From the human T2T-CHM13v2.0 reference genome, Homo sapiens, in the NCBI RefSeq assembly GCF_009914755.1, contig NC_060930.1: 64,000 bases of DNA, one strand, 5' to 3'. Below the pieces are notes generated by a model that saw only the letters and a list, made by a program, of their open reading frames with translations, was not told the origin of the DNA and made no database searches. A program made the position numbers and the translations under genes. Every line of letters starts with the position of its first letter. The first letter of the stretch is position 1. Positions 50,866 to 64,000 of this stretch are shown here, piece by piece.

Positions 50866-53800
50866 GGAATGGCTGTAGACAGGCGAGGTTGGAAGAGCAA
50901 GCACTTGGCCAGGAGCCTAACTCTAGCTCTGCTCTGATCTCTGAGCCACTGCATTCGCCAGTCCTCTCTGAAGCCCAGTCTCTTCGTTTGTGAAATAAGA
51001 GTTGAACTCCATCAGTGAACTTCTCAGTTGCTTTTTAGCAGTAAAATCTTTCATTCAATTAGGTACTAAGTGGAGCCCAAAATACGAAACAGGTCAAAGG
51101 AGCTTTATTTTGGGGGAGGAGTGGGATTCAGGCCATCATTCCCTTGGGAACCTCTGAAGCATAATTTTCCAATTCCCTGGAGCTCCGATCTCTGACGACA
51201 TGCTTCAAGTTCTAGATACCCATATTGGGTCCTTTTTTCCCCCAAAGCAATGTCCCCTGGAATGGCCCAAAGCTCCTGGTGCAAGTCCTATAAATCCTAT
51301 TTAAGGAGCACTACGAGGAGGCTGCCCAAACCCTGGCTCTGAGTTCTGAGGAGTCCTGGGTGCCTGGTGCCAATGAGGCAGGGGGTTAGGGCTGGGCACA
51401 CAGTGAGCCTCTTTCAGCTTGCCTGTGTCTTCCACTTGCTGTCCTGGCTGGGGAGGAGGACATGGTGAGCCCCAAGCACTTGGGTTGATCCCTGTTCCAG
51501 TGTTAGGAACCTGTACAGGGGTAGCAGCCATCCAGCTGGTGGAGGCAGAAATTTGCTTCCACACCAGCGGGGCCTTTGACATCTTGGTTTTACCCTTTCC
51601 TTGTTTTGGAATAGTAAGAATGCCTCTGCCTGACCAGGCCCTTGGAATTGGCAGTTCTTCCACAGCCATCCTCCCGGAGACTCCACCCTAAGGGGAAGAG
51701 AAAAATGAGGTTCAGAGAGATCAAGCAACCTGCCTGGGGTCATGTGGCTAAAACTGTGGTGAGACCAGTCCTTGAATCCCAAATCCAGGGCTTCGCCTGC
51801 TAGTGCTGAGGTCCTCTTAGGTAAGGGGAGACATGCCCTGGAGAAGACAGCCCCCTGCCCTGACAGAGTCCATACTCTAGGGTGGGAGGTAGGGGGTATC
51901 CTCAGGGCCAAGTCAAACTCCTATATGTTCCCTCAACATCCAGTGCGTTCCCCTGCATACAGCAGTTGCTAAATTATTGTGATAATCATGCTTTGGAGTT
52001 AGAACTGAAACGAGCTTACAACCTGAGATGCCTTGGACTCTGCTTGGTGTTTTAGTTTCCTCCTCCATAAAATGGGGATAATAATGCTGAACTTCCTGGC
52101 CTGGCTGTGACTGGGAAAGGGGCATTGTGAACGGTAAAACAGCCTCGCTTTGACTGCAGGCCCATGACAGTACCGCACAGTAGAAATTGTACTCCCCATT
52201 TTATGGAGGAGGAAACTGTTAGTTGGAGAGTGAAACCCAGGTCTAGGGCCAAAGCTCATGCTCCTTCCACTGCACTCTGCTGCTTCCTATTACGGTCCCT
52301 GCGCCCAGCATGGTGTTTTTCAGTTTTGTTTTTGTTTTCATTCTAAGTCCCCAAGTGAGACAGGGCGAGATGGAAATGAAGCCCACAGGACCCCTCCCCT
52401 GCAGCTGCGAATAGCTTGGGCCCTGGGAAGAACGGGCTGGGTGTGTGCTCTGGGCGTGGAGATGCCCCTTTCTGCCAGCACGTGGAAGTGACATGGATTC
52501 CTCGGCATTTCCTCTGTGTGGGGGTGGGCAGTGGTGGTTCATGGAGTCCCCTTTCCCCCAGGATGGATGCTGATTGTCTCTGAAGACTTCACTGGGGTTC
52601 ACTTTCTGTTCCATGGCCACCCTTGGGTCTGAAGCCTGTCTCCTCCCCAGTACAGGCATGTGGGTGCCCTGGCCACCCACAGCAGGACTGTAGCCTTGGA
52701 TAGACAGAAGTCCAGGAGTCAAGAGGCTGGGTTTGACCCCAAGGACAGCTGGCTCCTGTGGGGAGACCTTCTCTGGCCCCCAGAAGGAGTCAGCTCAGCC
52801 TTAGCCAGGGAAGTGGCCCAAGGGCAGGCCCAGGCCTTGGGTCCCCTGATGTCTGCAGCTGCTCCCAGGACCACCCCATGAGATAGAGGCTACTGAGCCC
52901 CGAAGAGACCTGTGGGGCCGCGGCGGGGTGGTATTTTCTCAGCACGATTTATGTGAATGTGCGTGTGTGTGAGTGAGTGTTTAACAAGGAGTGGGGCCTG
53001 CTCGACTTCTGAGCCTGGAATTTATACAGCCCCTCGTTGGCGGCTGCAGTTTATCTTGAGCAAAAGAATAATAAACTCAGTTGACAGAATGATGTATTCA
53101 AAGCATCTTCCCGTCACAGCACACAGCCCTGCCCGCTGTTAGGATGTCTGCTGTGGTGGGGACCGTGTTATCGAGTGTTTAGCCCCCACGATTGTCAACA
53201 ACGCATTGTTTGCAGGCTTGGGGCAAGGCAGAGATGGGCCGGGGCTGGGGTGAGAATGGAGAGGGGGGTCTGGCCACACGGACGAAAGGACTGCTGCCCA
53301 GATGGGGTCAAAGAGGCGTCTGCCTTTGATGGAAGCCCAGGCTCCATCTGAGGCCCAGCCCCCTCTGGCTGTCCTGAGTCTTCCTTTCCCTGCCTGGGAG
53401 AAAATCCTCTCTGTTCACCTCCAAGCTGGTCCTAGTCTAGTACCAGAGGTAAAGGCACACACCTGGGTGTCACTGCACTCCACAGTATGGGAAAACCTCC
53501 CCTACTCTTCATTTCTCGTGTTTTTCTTAGCCAAGCAAAGAAATTAGCATCAAACTTCAGCGTCAAAAAATATGCAGACTTGCTAAGCCTCGGAAAGGGT
53601 GAGGGAAAGCTGACAACCTAAGAGCTTCATGAGAGAGCTCTAGCCCAGTTCCTTGTGCCTCTGCTGGGCAACCTTAGGCCTCAGAACCTTTTTTCCTCCC
53701 CATGTAGGAGGGGAGTCACAATGCTTATCTATCTATTTGATAAGCTACACTGTTGCCACACATTAAGGGTTTGTTATAAGGATGAAATAAGATGAGGATC

Positions 53801-56800
53801 AGGCAAACACTCTAAAAACTTGGAAGCTGGAGATAAATTCAAATTATAATTTTTTTTTTCAAAGCTCCCTTCAACTTCAGGCAGGAGTGCCCTGGCTTTG
53901 CCTCAGCCACTGTGCTTCTTCCTCAGCCTTCAGAATGGGGAAGTCCTGTCTCTTGTCTAATCTCGAGCTCTCTCATTTCAGTTCTAGTTGTTCCTTTAGA
54001 ACCCTTCATGCATATGTTCCAGTTCTGATCCTCTCTCAGGATCTCCTCTTTTCTGGCTTAATGGTCCTTCTGGCTCACAGGCTGGGCCCTCCTGCCATCC
54101 CAGCTCCAGGATCCTCACTTTCAAGAGGAGCGAGTCGCTTCTAGTCCTGTTCTAGAAAGCAAGGTGGCTCTCCTGGGCCCCACAGACAGAAGCCCCATGA
54201 GGCCTGCAGGGGCAGTGGCGGGGACAAGAAGGGAAGGAAAGCCCCATGCACCAAGTACTGACCAAGCAGCTGCTCCATCCCAGGGTCAATTTGGAACCCC
54301 ATCTAATTCTCTTAATCATCGGTATTATCCCCATTTTACAGATTTGGAAACTGAGACTGGAGAAAATTCAGTCTCTTTCCCTCAGGAAGGTGGCAGAAGG
54401 AACTCAAGCCCAGAAGGTGTGGCTGGCTCTTGAGTTAAACGTGACCCCTATTCTTAAAGGAAAGCAGGAAAAAAACCCACCCTGAGGCTGTGGGGCTCTG
54501 GGTCAGACAGCTGGGCAGGTGGGGTCAAGGCCACTGGAAGAACCAAGGGGAGTCAGGGATGTGGGAGGGCGTGGGAGTGAGGAGGGGTGTGGTGGGAGCA
54601 AAGGCCTGGAGGCTGGACCAGGCCCCAGGGCAGAAATTTGGAGAGGAGCTCAGATCTGAGCACAACACATGCGTGTCAGTGTGTTGGGCAACATGGGCTG
54701 CGTAAGGCAGCCAACGGTCTCCTTTGATCCCAGACAGGACTCAGCCATTTATTTATTCACTCACTCTTTCACTTGTTCACCCTTCACTCCATCCTTTATT
54801 TGCCCAGGGAGTCAGGCCCCTCGGAGTCTAATGGGAAAGACAGGCCTAACATCAGGTCAGGGCCCCTGTGGTTCCCAATCACCCATCCATCCATCCATCC
54901 ATCCCCCACGTATTGAGTGCATCCTGAGCTCTAGAGAGGAGAGAGCCTGTCCTCATCTCTAGGTACTCTTGGTCCACTGAGGGGAACAGAGAAGTAAACA
55001 GACATCTGTAAACCACATGCTTCTGTATTCATTGAGGCAACCACTATTTGAGAGCCCTCCATGAAAGGTGTCAGGACCAGGGAGATGAAGAGGGCACACT
55101 CCTGCCTGTGGTGCACTCAGGCTGGTTGAGGACACGAAGAAAGAGTACGAATACTCCAGCTTCAATGCACAGACAGCTGTGAAAACTGGTGAGCAAGAAG
55201 CAGAAGGGGAGCATTGACAGTCCCCAGAGGGAAATGATCGTGCCTTTGAATTTTCATTTATTCATTCGTTGATTCCACCATTCATCTGCTACTGAGCATC
55301 TTCTGTATGCTGGGCATTGCTGGGAACAGCATGAGGGCCCATGGGGGAGGCAGTGTTTCTGATGGGCAGACCACTCTTTTGGCCCCTTTTGTGGAGACAG
55401 GCCAAGCTTGAGGTAGAGACTGCAGTTGTGGGGGACAGGCAGCCACAGATCCTTCCCATTTGAACGGGGCAGTGGTTAGCAGCTGGAGGGCATTTGAGGT
55501 GCAGCCTGGGGCAAGTAGAGGAAAGCCAGACCCTTTGGGAGGCTTCCCAGGGCCAGACCACACGAGGCAGGCAGAAGGAGGTCCACAAGGGCAAGGGAGG
55601 CGCCAGAATGGGAGGGCTGTGTCTCAGATATAGTAGGAAGACCCAAGTTCAGTCCACAGACAAACTTGAGGGATCCTAGTGTCCCACTCATTAGAACAGG
55701 GAGCCTCATTGTCAGGACTTTCTGGAGCCTTGATTTGCACATGTCCTCCCCACCCTGGGGTAGATGTGTGTGCCTATTTGCATAAAGCATGTTCCTACCC
55801 AAATTCATCTCAGGCATTGTGACTTATATCTTTGCTTTCTCTCCTCACAGCTGGCTGTCCCCATGCCTTCTGCTCCCGCTTCTGGAAGGGAAGACAGGGC
55901 AGGGACCATGTCCAGCTGCAGAAAATCCCAGTGTTTTTCTGTGGCATTGCCTGGTAAAGGCTGAACGTGGCTTTCGTGAGAGCTAATCTGCCTGCCCAAC
56001 CAGATTGTGCTGTGGCTAAAATTGCTGTGAGCTCGACAGTGCCTGAAGACTGGAGAAAACTGAGCCATGTCTTGGATGCTCTTGCGGGGCCTAGGGGAGT
56101 GCCAGGCCAGAAGGAGAACTGCCTGTGGACTCTCAGTAGGAAAGCAGCTAACGAGGTGATGAGTGAGTGTCGCCTGGAAGTCTGGGGGCCATTCCATGTG
56201 GGTCACATCGCCTGACCAGAGGGTTGGGTGCCTGGACAGGGCTGAGCTTGGGACTCCTTCCAGGGCCTGGCCTCAGCTGCTGGGCCTGCCGAGCATGCCC
56301 CACAAGCACCCACGCACACATACAAGTATGGAGGCAGAGTGGAAGTTTGACTTTTGCAGATCTCGTACAGCCTGGAGTAGAGAAGAGAATTGGGAACTCT
56401 CAATGTTGTGTGACCCTAGGCAAGTCCCTTCCCTGCCTTGTGCCTCAGTTTCCCTTTACATACCATGAGGATGTTCCCAGTGTTGGTGTTTTAATGCCTG
56501 CAGACAAGCTAAGCTCATCATCTGGTTCCCGGAAGAGATCCTCCTTTTGTGGAAAGGCCACAGCCACTCTGCCACCCTGAGGCTCCCACTCCTCCTTCTC
56601 TGGAACCCTCTCCCTTGCCTGTAGGTCACGGGAATGTCAAGAGCACCCAGAGAAGTGCCTGCTGCCAGTCATCACTCACTGATTATGTGACAGCAGAGGA
56701 GCCAAGAAGCTGCTGGGAATCGAGACACCCCCCCATTCAGTCCCCACCATCTCTGTCTTCATGAGGTTCCCTGGGAGAAGCTCCTATGTCTGGGAATGGA

Positions 56801-57344
56801 AATGTCTCCACCTGGATAGGGACAAACAGGAGCTGGGGGCTGCATCTTAAGACTTCTTGTCCCATTAGTGCTGACCTCTGGAGACGGCTCCTGAATTGTG
56901 CCCACTCCCCCACCTCCTCACCACACACATGCTCTGGGCCGTGCGAGGCTCAGCTTGTCACGGACAAGCTAAAATGAGGTGGCCTGAATGCCCCTTATCA
57001 TAGACAGCTTATCTCCTGTGGTCACTCACCTGACAGACTCCAGAGAGCCACTCAGCGGGCCTCTCCCAGCCGCCTGCTTCTCAGCTCTGACTCTCCCTTG
57101 CCTTAAGGGGACACTGGATTCCAGTGACCCTCCTATTGGTCAGAGTTGGGCTGAGCACAGAGAAGGGGTAGAATGCTCCTGGGAACTCGGAAAGCTCTGG
57201 GATGCCAGCTTTTCCCACATGTTCTCACTCACCCCTCTGTAATACAGATTCTGCACCCCTGCCCCCCACACACACACTCCTACACCTCTGCTCTCAAAGT
57301 GAAGAAGTAGGCTAATATCTGTGGTACATTTATTTACCTACTCC

Positions 57345-57605
57345 CTGAGACTGCAGCTCCCTTAGTCAGTGTTGTGTCCTCCACTCAGGCTGGGGCTCCC
57401 TGAGGATGGGGCTGTGTCTCCCCTCAGACTGGGGTTCCCCAAGGACAGGGCTGTGTCTCTCCTTAGGCTGGGGTCCCTGAGGGTGGGGCTGTGTCTCCCT
57501 GCAGATTGGGGCTCCCTGAGGATGGGGCTGTGTCTCCCTGAAGACTGGGGCTCCCTGAGGACAGGGCTGTGTCTCCCCTCAGGCTGGGGCTCCTTGAGGA
57601 TGGGA
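57345..57605 (+). repeat. 39-bp minisatellite, ~6.7 units, consensus ctcagactggggctccctgaggacagggctgtgtctccc
   Basis: Units at 57345 (degenerate), 57384, 57423, 57462, 57500, 57539, 57578 (partial). Confidence 0.95.
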
Positions 57606-57714
57606 CACTTTAAAGAAGAGAAATTGACAGGTTGACCCTGGGGGATCTTTGGGTCAATAAAACATTCTATAGACCCTCAGTGGTCAGACTAGGATGATAC
57701 CTTGATGATAGGTG

Positions 57715-57960
57715 GTTTTTTTGTTTGCTTGTGTGTGTGTGGTTTTGTTTTGTTGTTGTTTTGTCGTGTTTTGTTTTGCTGCTGTAGGTTTTTTAAAATC
57801 TGGAGGTTTGGTTGTTCATGAAGATAGGATGAAAAAGAAAGGAAAAAAGGAGGAAGGGAGATAAAGAAGGATGGAAGGAAGGAAGAGAGTGAGTGAGGGT
57901 TGGAAGAAGCAAAAGAAAGAAGAGAAAGGGAAAGACACAGAAAGAACGGTGAGAGAGAAA
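57715..57960. repeat. (GTTTT)/(TG) run followed by a GA-rich low-complexity tract
   Basis: Base composition read directly. Confidence 0.75.
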
Positions 57961-58635
57961 GCTCACAATCTGTTTTTCTTTTACATCTCCTGCAGGGGAG
58001 TTTACTTGTTTTAAATCCTCTTATCTCCAACACTTGTTTCTCCACTGGTTGCCGTGTCTGTGGAGCGAGGCTGGTTTTTCTCTCAGCGACAACAGAATGC
58101 CAGGCTCCATAGCCGGCCTGGGCGCAGGAGGAGGAAGGGTTCACACTGACGGCCCCGGGGGCCTCTCCAGGCCCTTTCCCATCCATCCTCTCCTCAGTGG
58201 CAGCTCTCACCTGGCCCTAGACCCTCATGACCCAGAACAGGGGACATGGCTGTCCAGCTTGTGTGGTAGGCTCTGGCCAGCTCGGTCTCCTTCCAGCCTT
58301 CCTCTCCCCAAGACCCCTCTCCTCAAGAGCCTGCCCGAAGCCCTGGTGGACGTGGGCCCAGCCAGAGGCCTCCCTGCCTTCACCTCAGCTCCCGCCACTT
58401 CCCCTCCTGTGTGGGGGCCTCCCCTGGGGCCACCTCTTCCCAGAGCTTCTCTTGATGCCCTGCTCCCCCGACTCCCTTGTTCATGCGTCCATCCTTTCAA
58501 CACATATTTTCGTGTCCCTGAGACGTGCCAGGCCTAAGACATAAAGGGCCTAGGGACCTCAGTGTCCAGTGGAGGAAACCAGATGTCGACAGTCAATTAA
58601 GCCCCTTTCAGGCGAGTTTCAACTTACCCTGGTCT

Positions 58636-58865
58636 AACAATAATATCTAACACTGACTGCAGGGGTTATGATGTACCAGGCACCATTCTAAGTGTTTCAC
58701 GTGGAGTAACTTATTTCATTCTCCAAACAGCTCTAGCAGGTAGGGCTGTTACCCTCCCGCCTCGCAGAGGGTGGCACCTGGGCATGGAGCCGTTCATAAC
58801 TTCTGAGGGTCAGACCTGAATACAAACCCAGATGGTCTGGGCCAGGGGCTGAACTCTTAAACCCA
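58636..58865 (-). mobile_element. MIR SINE
   Basis: tgtaccaggcaccattctaagtgtttcacgtggagtaacttatttcattctc. Confidence 0.7.
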
Positions 58866-60503
58866 GTGCTGCTCACCTCATAGCCTAGCGACTGGGGTGT
58901 TTCTCTACGCCCCCTCAGGCCCACCCCCTGCCCCTTGCCCCACCAGAGGGCCCCGGACAGTCTTGCTGCACACCAGCTCCCTGCCCGGGCGGAGCTGGCC
59001 ATCTTGGAGAGAAGTGACTTGGATTCCCGCCCTGCCTATCCCAGCGCTCTTGAGCGTGGCCTGATGCCTGTGGCCCCTCTCTCTATGGAGACTGGGCATC
59101 TCCCAGGCCAGACTGGCAGCCTCTGGCAGGCAGGGCCCGAAACCTCCTCAGCATTGGGCACTGAATGGGTCCAGCACCCGACTCCTGGAGCTGGCAGCTC
59201 CCAGACCAGGAGGGGAAGTGGGCGCTGGGGGTTGGCAGGCGGCCAACGCTAGGGGAGGCCTGAGCAGGGTTATGCCTGTAATAACCATGAACCAGGAGGG
59301 AGCTGCCAACCCCCAAGGCCTCCCCTGCCCCCTCTGAGGAAATTTTTCTTCAGTCAAGCAAATATCCTGCTGGTCAGTCTCAAGCCTCAGTTTCCTCAAG
59401 GCCCAGAGAGGCTAGTAAGAAACAGCCCTCATCTCAGGGATTGTTTGGGGATTTGACCCTGATGGGCCTTGGAAGCTCAAGTTATGCCCCTCCCTAGGGG
59501 TCCTAAGCACGGCTCAGAAGTGATGGGAGATGTCTAAGATCTGAGACATAGGAAGGCAGGAAGAAGCTGAATATATAGAAAGAAAGTAATTAGGGACAAA
59601 TATGGTGCATTTGCACACTCAGTGTATGTTGAGCACCTATGGTGTGCCTGGCACTGTGCTGGCCCTGGGTGTACAATGTCAGGCATAGCACGGCCCCAGC
59701 CTTCCAAGAGCTCCCAAAGCTGGTTGTAGCCCATATGTCCCAAAATCCAAGTGGGGAAGGGGAAGCTGGGGTGGAATGACATGTTCCCAGGTCAGCTCAG
59801 GTCACAGCAGAGGCAGGGCCAGATGACGAGGCCTGTGTCCCAGGCCTTAGGCCCCTGATGCCCTCATCTCCTGGCCCAGAGCACCAGGACCACAGCATCT
59901 AGTCCCTATCCAAGTCTGAATAATAACCACAGATGTGAGAGCCAGCCCTGAAGTTAACCAGGGAGGGAGGCACCTCTCGGGAGACAGTTCAGGTCTGACG
60001 TTTATGTCTGAGGCTGACAGGTCTGACCTGTGCCTTTCTGACTCTACTCAGCAAGAGCAAGCATTGGTGAGATGAGTGCTCCTCGGGCACCAGTTCTGGT
60101 CTTCATTGTGTTGGGACCACGATTCAGGGTCTTACGGGGACAGGGGATGGAGGGAGCTTCACCATGGAGGCTCCTCACACCTCATGAGCCTCCCCTATCG
60201 GCCTCAAAGCCCTTCTGTGGCAGGTAGGAAAGGGAGAAACTTCCGGAGCCGATGCCAAAGCTGATGGTCTCCCCTGTCCCGGGGCCAAACAGCCTGAAGA
60301 GGAAGAGACAGAGCTGGGAAAAGGTGGGACCAGCTAGGGTGAGACCTTCTCAGACCAAGATCATCCTGTCTCTCTGGTTGCCAAGATCTAACAGGCCACC
60401 CCTGAGCCCAGGGCTCCCTCTCAGGCCTGCAGCCCTGCCCCTGGAGTGTGTGTGGATGTAGGTGCTTATATGCATGAACATCTGCCTGCCCATTCACCCC
60501 TCC

Positions 60504-60511
60504 GTGTGTGT

Positions 60512-60555
<44 letters not shown>
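60504..60555. repeat. (TG)n microsatellite, ~26 units with one TA interruption
   Basis: Read directly. Confidence 0.97.
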
Positions 60556-60558
<3 letters not shown>

Positions 60559-61179
60559 TGCATATGCCTGTGTAGGTTTGTGAATGTGGAGGCCCAGGAA
60601 CTTGAGGACTTGGCCTCCTTTTCCTTCCAAAACCACAAAGCTTCTGGCCGGCCCCAAGCCTTGGTTTCCTCAAGGCCCAGAGAAGCGGATGAGAAACAGA
60701 CCCAACTAAGCTGCCTGTGGGCACGGGTGGCCCAAGCGTGGGAACCCGTTGGCCTGAGGGCCCTTCTCCTGGGATCTGGATGGCCTGGCACCAGCCAAGG
60801 GCCTCTCTGGGCCTTTCCTGTCATGGATGCAGGAAGGGATTCATGAGGCCAGAGCTGCCAGGCTGACCCCAAGATGATGAAGGTGAGCCCCTCAGCTGGG
60901 AATGCTGCCCACTCGACCTTGCCATTGCTGTGCCTCTGGAGGGAGGCCAGAGCCACTGAGTTTCCCTCAGTGGATGAAAAAGCCAAGTGGTTGAGAGGAA
61001 CTGCACCCCACTCCTCTCCACAAAGGAGTCAGACTCCCTGACCCATGCAGCTTAGAGGGTGCACTGGAGTGAAGGAGGCAAAGGGGTTTGTGCTCTCTTC
61101 ACAGCTTCTACCCGTTTCTGAGTCACATCCATAGATCTCCTGCATCATAGTCAGCTGTGATGGTGGTGGTGGTAGTTGG

Positions 61180-61312
61180 GGTTATAAAGAACACAGATGC
61201 CTGGGATTGCCCCTCACCCTCCCTGCTAGAAAGCCCGACTGAGCTGGCCTGGGGTGAGTTAGGAAATCTGCATTTTAAACAAGGGCTTCAGGTGACTTAG
61301 AGAGACACAAGC
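61180..61312. mobile_element. MER5-family fragment
   Basis: acagatgcctggg...aggaaatctgcattttaaacaagggcttcaggtga. Confidence 0.6.
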
Positions 61313-62959
61313 ATAGCAAAGTACAATGTTTTAAGGAGATCCGATTTGGGAGACCGGGGTTTTAATCTCTGCTCAACTTTTTCCCATTCTTAAAATGAGG
61401 TTAATAATAGGACTTCGTAGAGATAATGTCACAACATAGATGCTCAATGCATGGTAGAAACAATAACAGCAATGATAATGACAGCAGCTGGCCATTACCA
61501 AGCAGTGTCTGTGCCAAGCCTCTCTGTCATTATAGGACTCACATCCAGGAGGCCAGGCTGGGGTACTGAGTGCAGGGCCCCAGCTCTGCTGTCTCCTCCC
61601 TTGTAAATGGCAGACAGGAAGTTCCCCTCCTCTTGTTATGGCCCCACAGCTGTCCTTATTCAATTAAATCAGGAGTCCCAGAAGCCCTTGCTCTCATGGG
61701 AGATGCAGCGCAGAGCCCCTAGGAGCCAGACCTGGTTTTCTCCGGGCTAATTGGCTAATCATCTGCCGCCTTGATAGCTGGAGGTCTAGACATGACTGGT
61801 CCTGGGCCTGGGCCCTCACCCTGCCCATCTCCCTCGCCTGGCTGGCCCCAAGCCTTGCCAGCTCAGAGCCAGGAAGGATTAACATGCAGGCTGGATTTGC
61901 TCACCTCATTCCTTATCGAGACCCTGTCCTCTGACACAGGAGGGCAGATGTTTTCTTTCTGCAGACAAAGAACCCTGGGAGCTCTGGACCGGAGGAGGGA
62001 GGGAGGTAGATGGCAGCAAGAGGAGAGAGGCAGCCAGGCTCTCCCTCTATCCTCACCTGCCTAGTCTCATCCATCCTCCTTCCCCAGGAATGTAGCCATG
62101 GACTCAAACCATTTCAGCTCACCCTAGAGCCCCCTGTGAGAGTGGGCCCACAAATAGCCATGTTTTACAGACAGGAAACTTCAGTGAGGGCTGGTGGCTG
62201 ACCCAACCAGCAAGTGAGATGGAGCCAGGCCTCAAACACATGTCTCCATACACCATTTACACCTCATCTCTCACCAGTGGGGTGAAGGCAGAGAAAGAGC
62301 TTCCGGAGGGTCCTGGGCAGGGGTCCCACTGGCAGAGGAGTCAGAGAGCACAGGCTGCATTAGGTCCCACAGGGAAGAAGAGGCAAGGAGGGGGACACAG
62401 GTGAGAAAGAGCTGGGCCTACTCAGGGAGTTGACGCTGATGAGGAGGGATGGTTTGGGCCACAGAGGACGTCAGAGACATCAGCACTAGGCCACAGAGGC
62501 CTCAGGAAAGATGAGAAAAGTGAAGACTCAGCCCAGAGAAGAGAAGGTCAAATCTCTTTGTGAATTAAATGTTATTATATTTCCAGTCTTGTGAGGTCAG
62601 TATTATTATTCCTATTCTACAGGTGAGAACACCAAAGCCTATAATATCTCTGGAACTTGCCCAAGTACATGCAGCTAGCAATGGGCAGAGCAGCGATCAG
62701 CCTGCCCCACACCCAGTCTATCCACCCCTACCCCCAAACTGCTGCATGCAGGAGTCAGCTAGGAATCCCGACTCACCCCAACCCCACCAGCCCTCACCTT
62801 CCACACTGCCCATGCCCATGCCAGGAGCTGTTCAACCCCACCCCCTCCAGGAAGCCTCTTGACCAGCCCACCCTAGTTGCCTCTGTCAGACTCCCAGACC
62901 AGGCCTTGTGTGTGCCAATATGCAGGCTTCTGGGTCCTAGTCTACTTGAGTAGCTGCAT

Positions 62960-63105
62960 GGGCTCTAGGCTCACACAGCCCTAGCTTTGAAATCTAGCTC
63001 TCAGTTATGCGTGTTGGATCATCTGTGCCTCAGTTTCCTCATCTGTAAAATGGGACTAATAATGGCACTTACTTCAAAGTACAGTAAAGATTTAAAGAGA
63101 TACCA
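62960..63105 (+). mobile_element. MIR SINE
   Basis: ctgtgcctcagtttcctcatctgtaaaatgggactaataatggcacttacttca. Confidence 0.9.
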
Positions 63106-64000
63106 CAGGTGCAGGATTCACCCAGCGAGGAGTAAAGTGAGGTTCGGAAAAGGTGTGTGCCTTCCCCAGCATCACAGAGTGTACTAGCAGCAGTTAGAAC
63201 TGGTACTTTCTAGCTGAGAGATGAGGAAAGAGGCCCACATTAGAGGCTGCTCCAGATCTCCAGACCAGTGGTCCAGTGCTCCTACTCCTTAGTCATGAAA
63301 TCACAAGGTCTTCATGGTTGTGAGTGCTCAGAGCCAGGCCCTGGGAAGGCCAGAGAGTGACAGCTTCCAGACCAGAGACTCTGCTGCCCACTCTTCCAGC
63401 CCTCATGCTCCCTCTGGGGCTGCCTCTGCCTCACCCTGGTGGTCTGTCTGGGGTGTGGGGCTGTTTGCAACAGGCGCCTATTGTCTGATGGCCTGAGTGC
63501 ACCTGTAGTGTGCCTCGTCCCAGCCTGGTGAGTCAGCTTTTGGCAGGCCATGGGGCAGCCACTCCACATCATCTTAAGCCTGAAAGAGGACCTTTCTTTT
63601 CGTTTTTCTCCTCCTTCCTCTCTCTGCTCTCCATGAAGTGGTCATCTCCGCAGGGCAGCAGGGAATATCATTCTCTGCCAGGATTTCTTGAGTCTGCTTG
63701 GCCAGGAGACAGGGTGGGGCCTAGGAAACAAAGAGAGGGCGGCCTAGGTCTGGCCAAAGCCCTTGGGCTACTTTAGGGCAATGCTTGTGGCCTCAGGCTC
63801 CCCACTGTCAGTGGGGGTACATAAATCAGAACAAGTACAGCAACACTTTACTTATCGAGAGCCCATATACTTGACAACCTCTACCATCTGGACTCAGAAC
63901 TGAGATCAAAAAACTATTGAGCAGACTAAGGGTACACCTGACAATTGTCTGACAAGTGTCTGACAAATAAATGTTAGAGCTTCACTCATCAATTTTTCCC

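Noticed and set aside
57345-57605. Regularly spaced ~39-bp repeats as a CRISPR-like array
   Set aside because: Units are head-to-tail with no unique spacers, no cas genes, and the context is primate DNA.
57966-57995. Strong-looking splice acceptor tttttcttttacatctcctgcag
   Set aside because: No convincing donor within typical exon distance; an isolated acceptor is not enough.
60204-60986. 260-aa minus-strand ORF with poly(HT)
   Set aside because: Reads through the (TG)n microsatellite; no recognisable homology.

Overview
Human (primate) nuclear non-coding DNA from a GC-rich, MIR/L2-rich region, most consistent with a large intron or intergenic interval; I cannot name the locus. No protein-coding gene is supportable: the ORF track is explained by Alu, L1, microsatellite and GC-rich chance ORFs. 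The window holds 13 Alu copies or fragments, a 5'-inverted L1PA5-like insertion, old L1M pieces, many MIR/L2 fragments, solo LTRs (LTR16, MSTD, MLT1 types, LTR8/LTR26-like), hAT transposons (ORSL, MER3, MER45A, MER5) and a 3'-truncated U2 snRNA retrocopy. Most interesting: (i) a dispersed ~39-bp L2-3'-end-like minisatellite present at five sites in both orientations, with two copies 37 kb apart sharing a perfect 37-bp match; (ii) locally templated insertions and a template-switch palindrome inside an ERV1 LTR; (iii) a frame-preserving cassette-exon candidate at 10907-10981 next to a TCF/LEF motif pair; (iv) several repeat-free, motif-dense enhancer candidates. Repeat subfamily calls come from recalled consensus sequences, and boundaries of ancient repeats are approximate.
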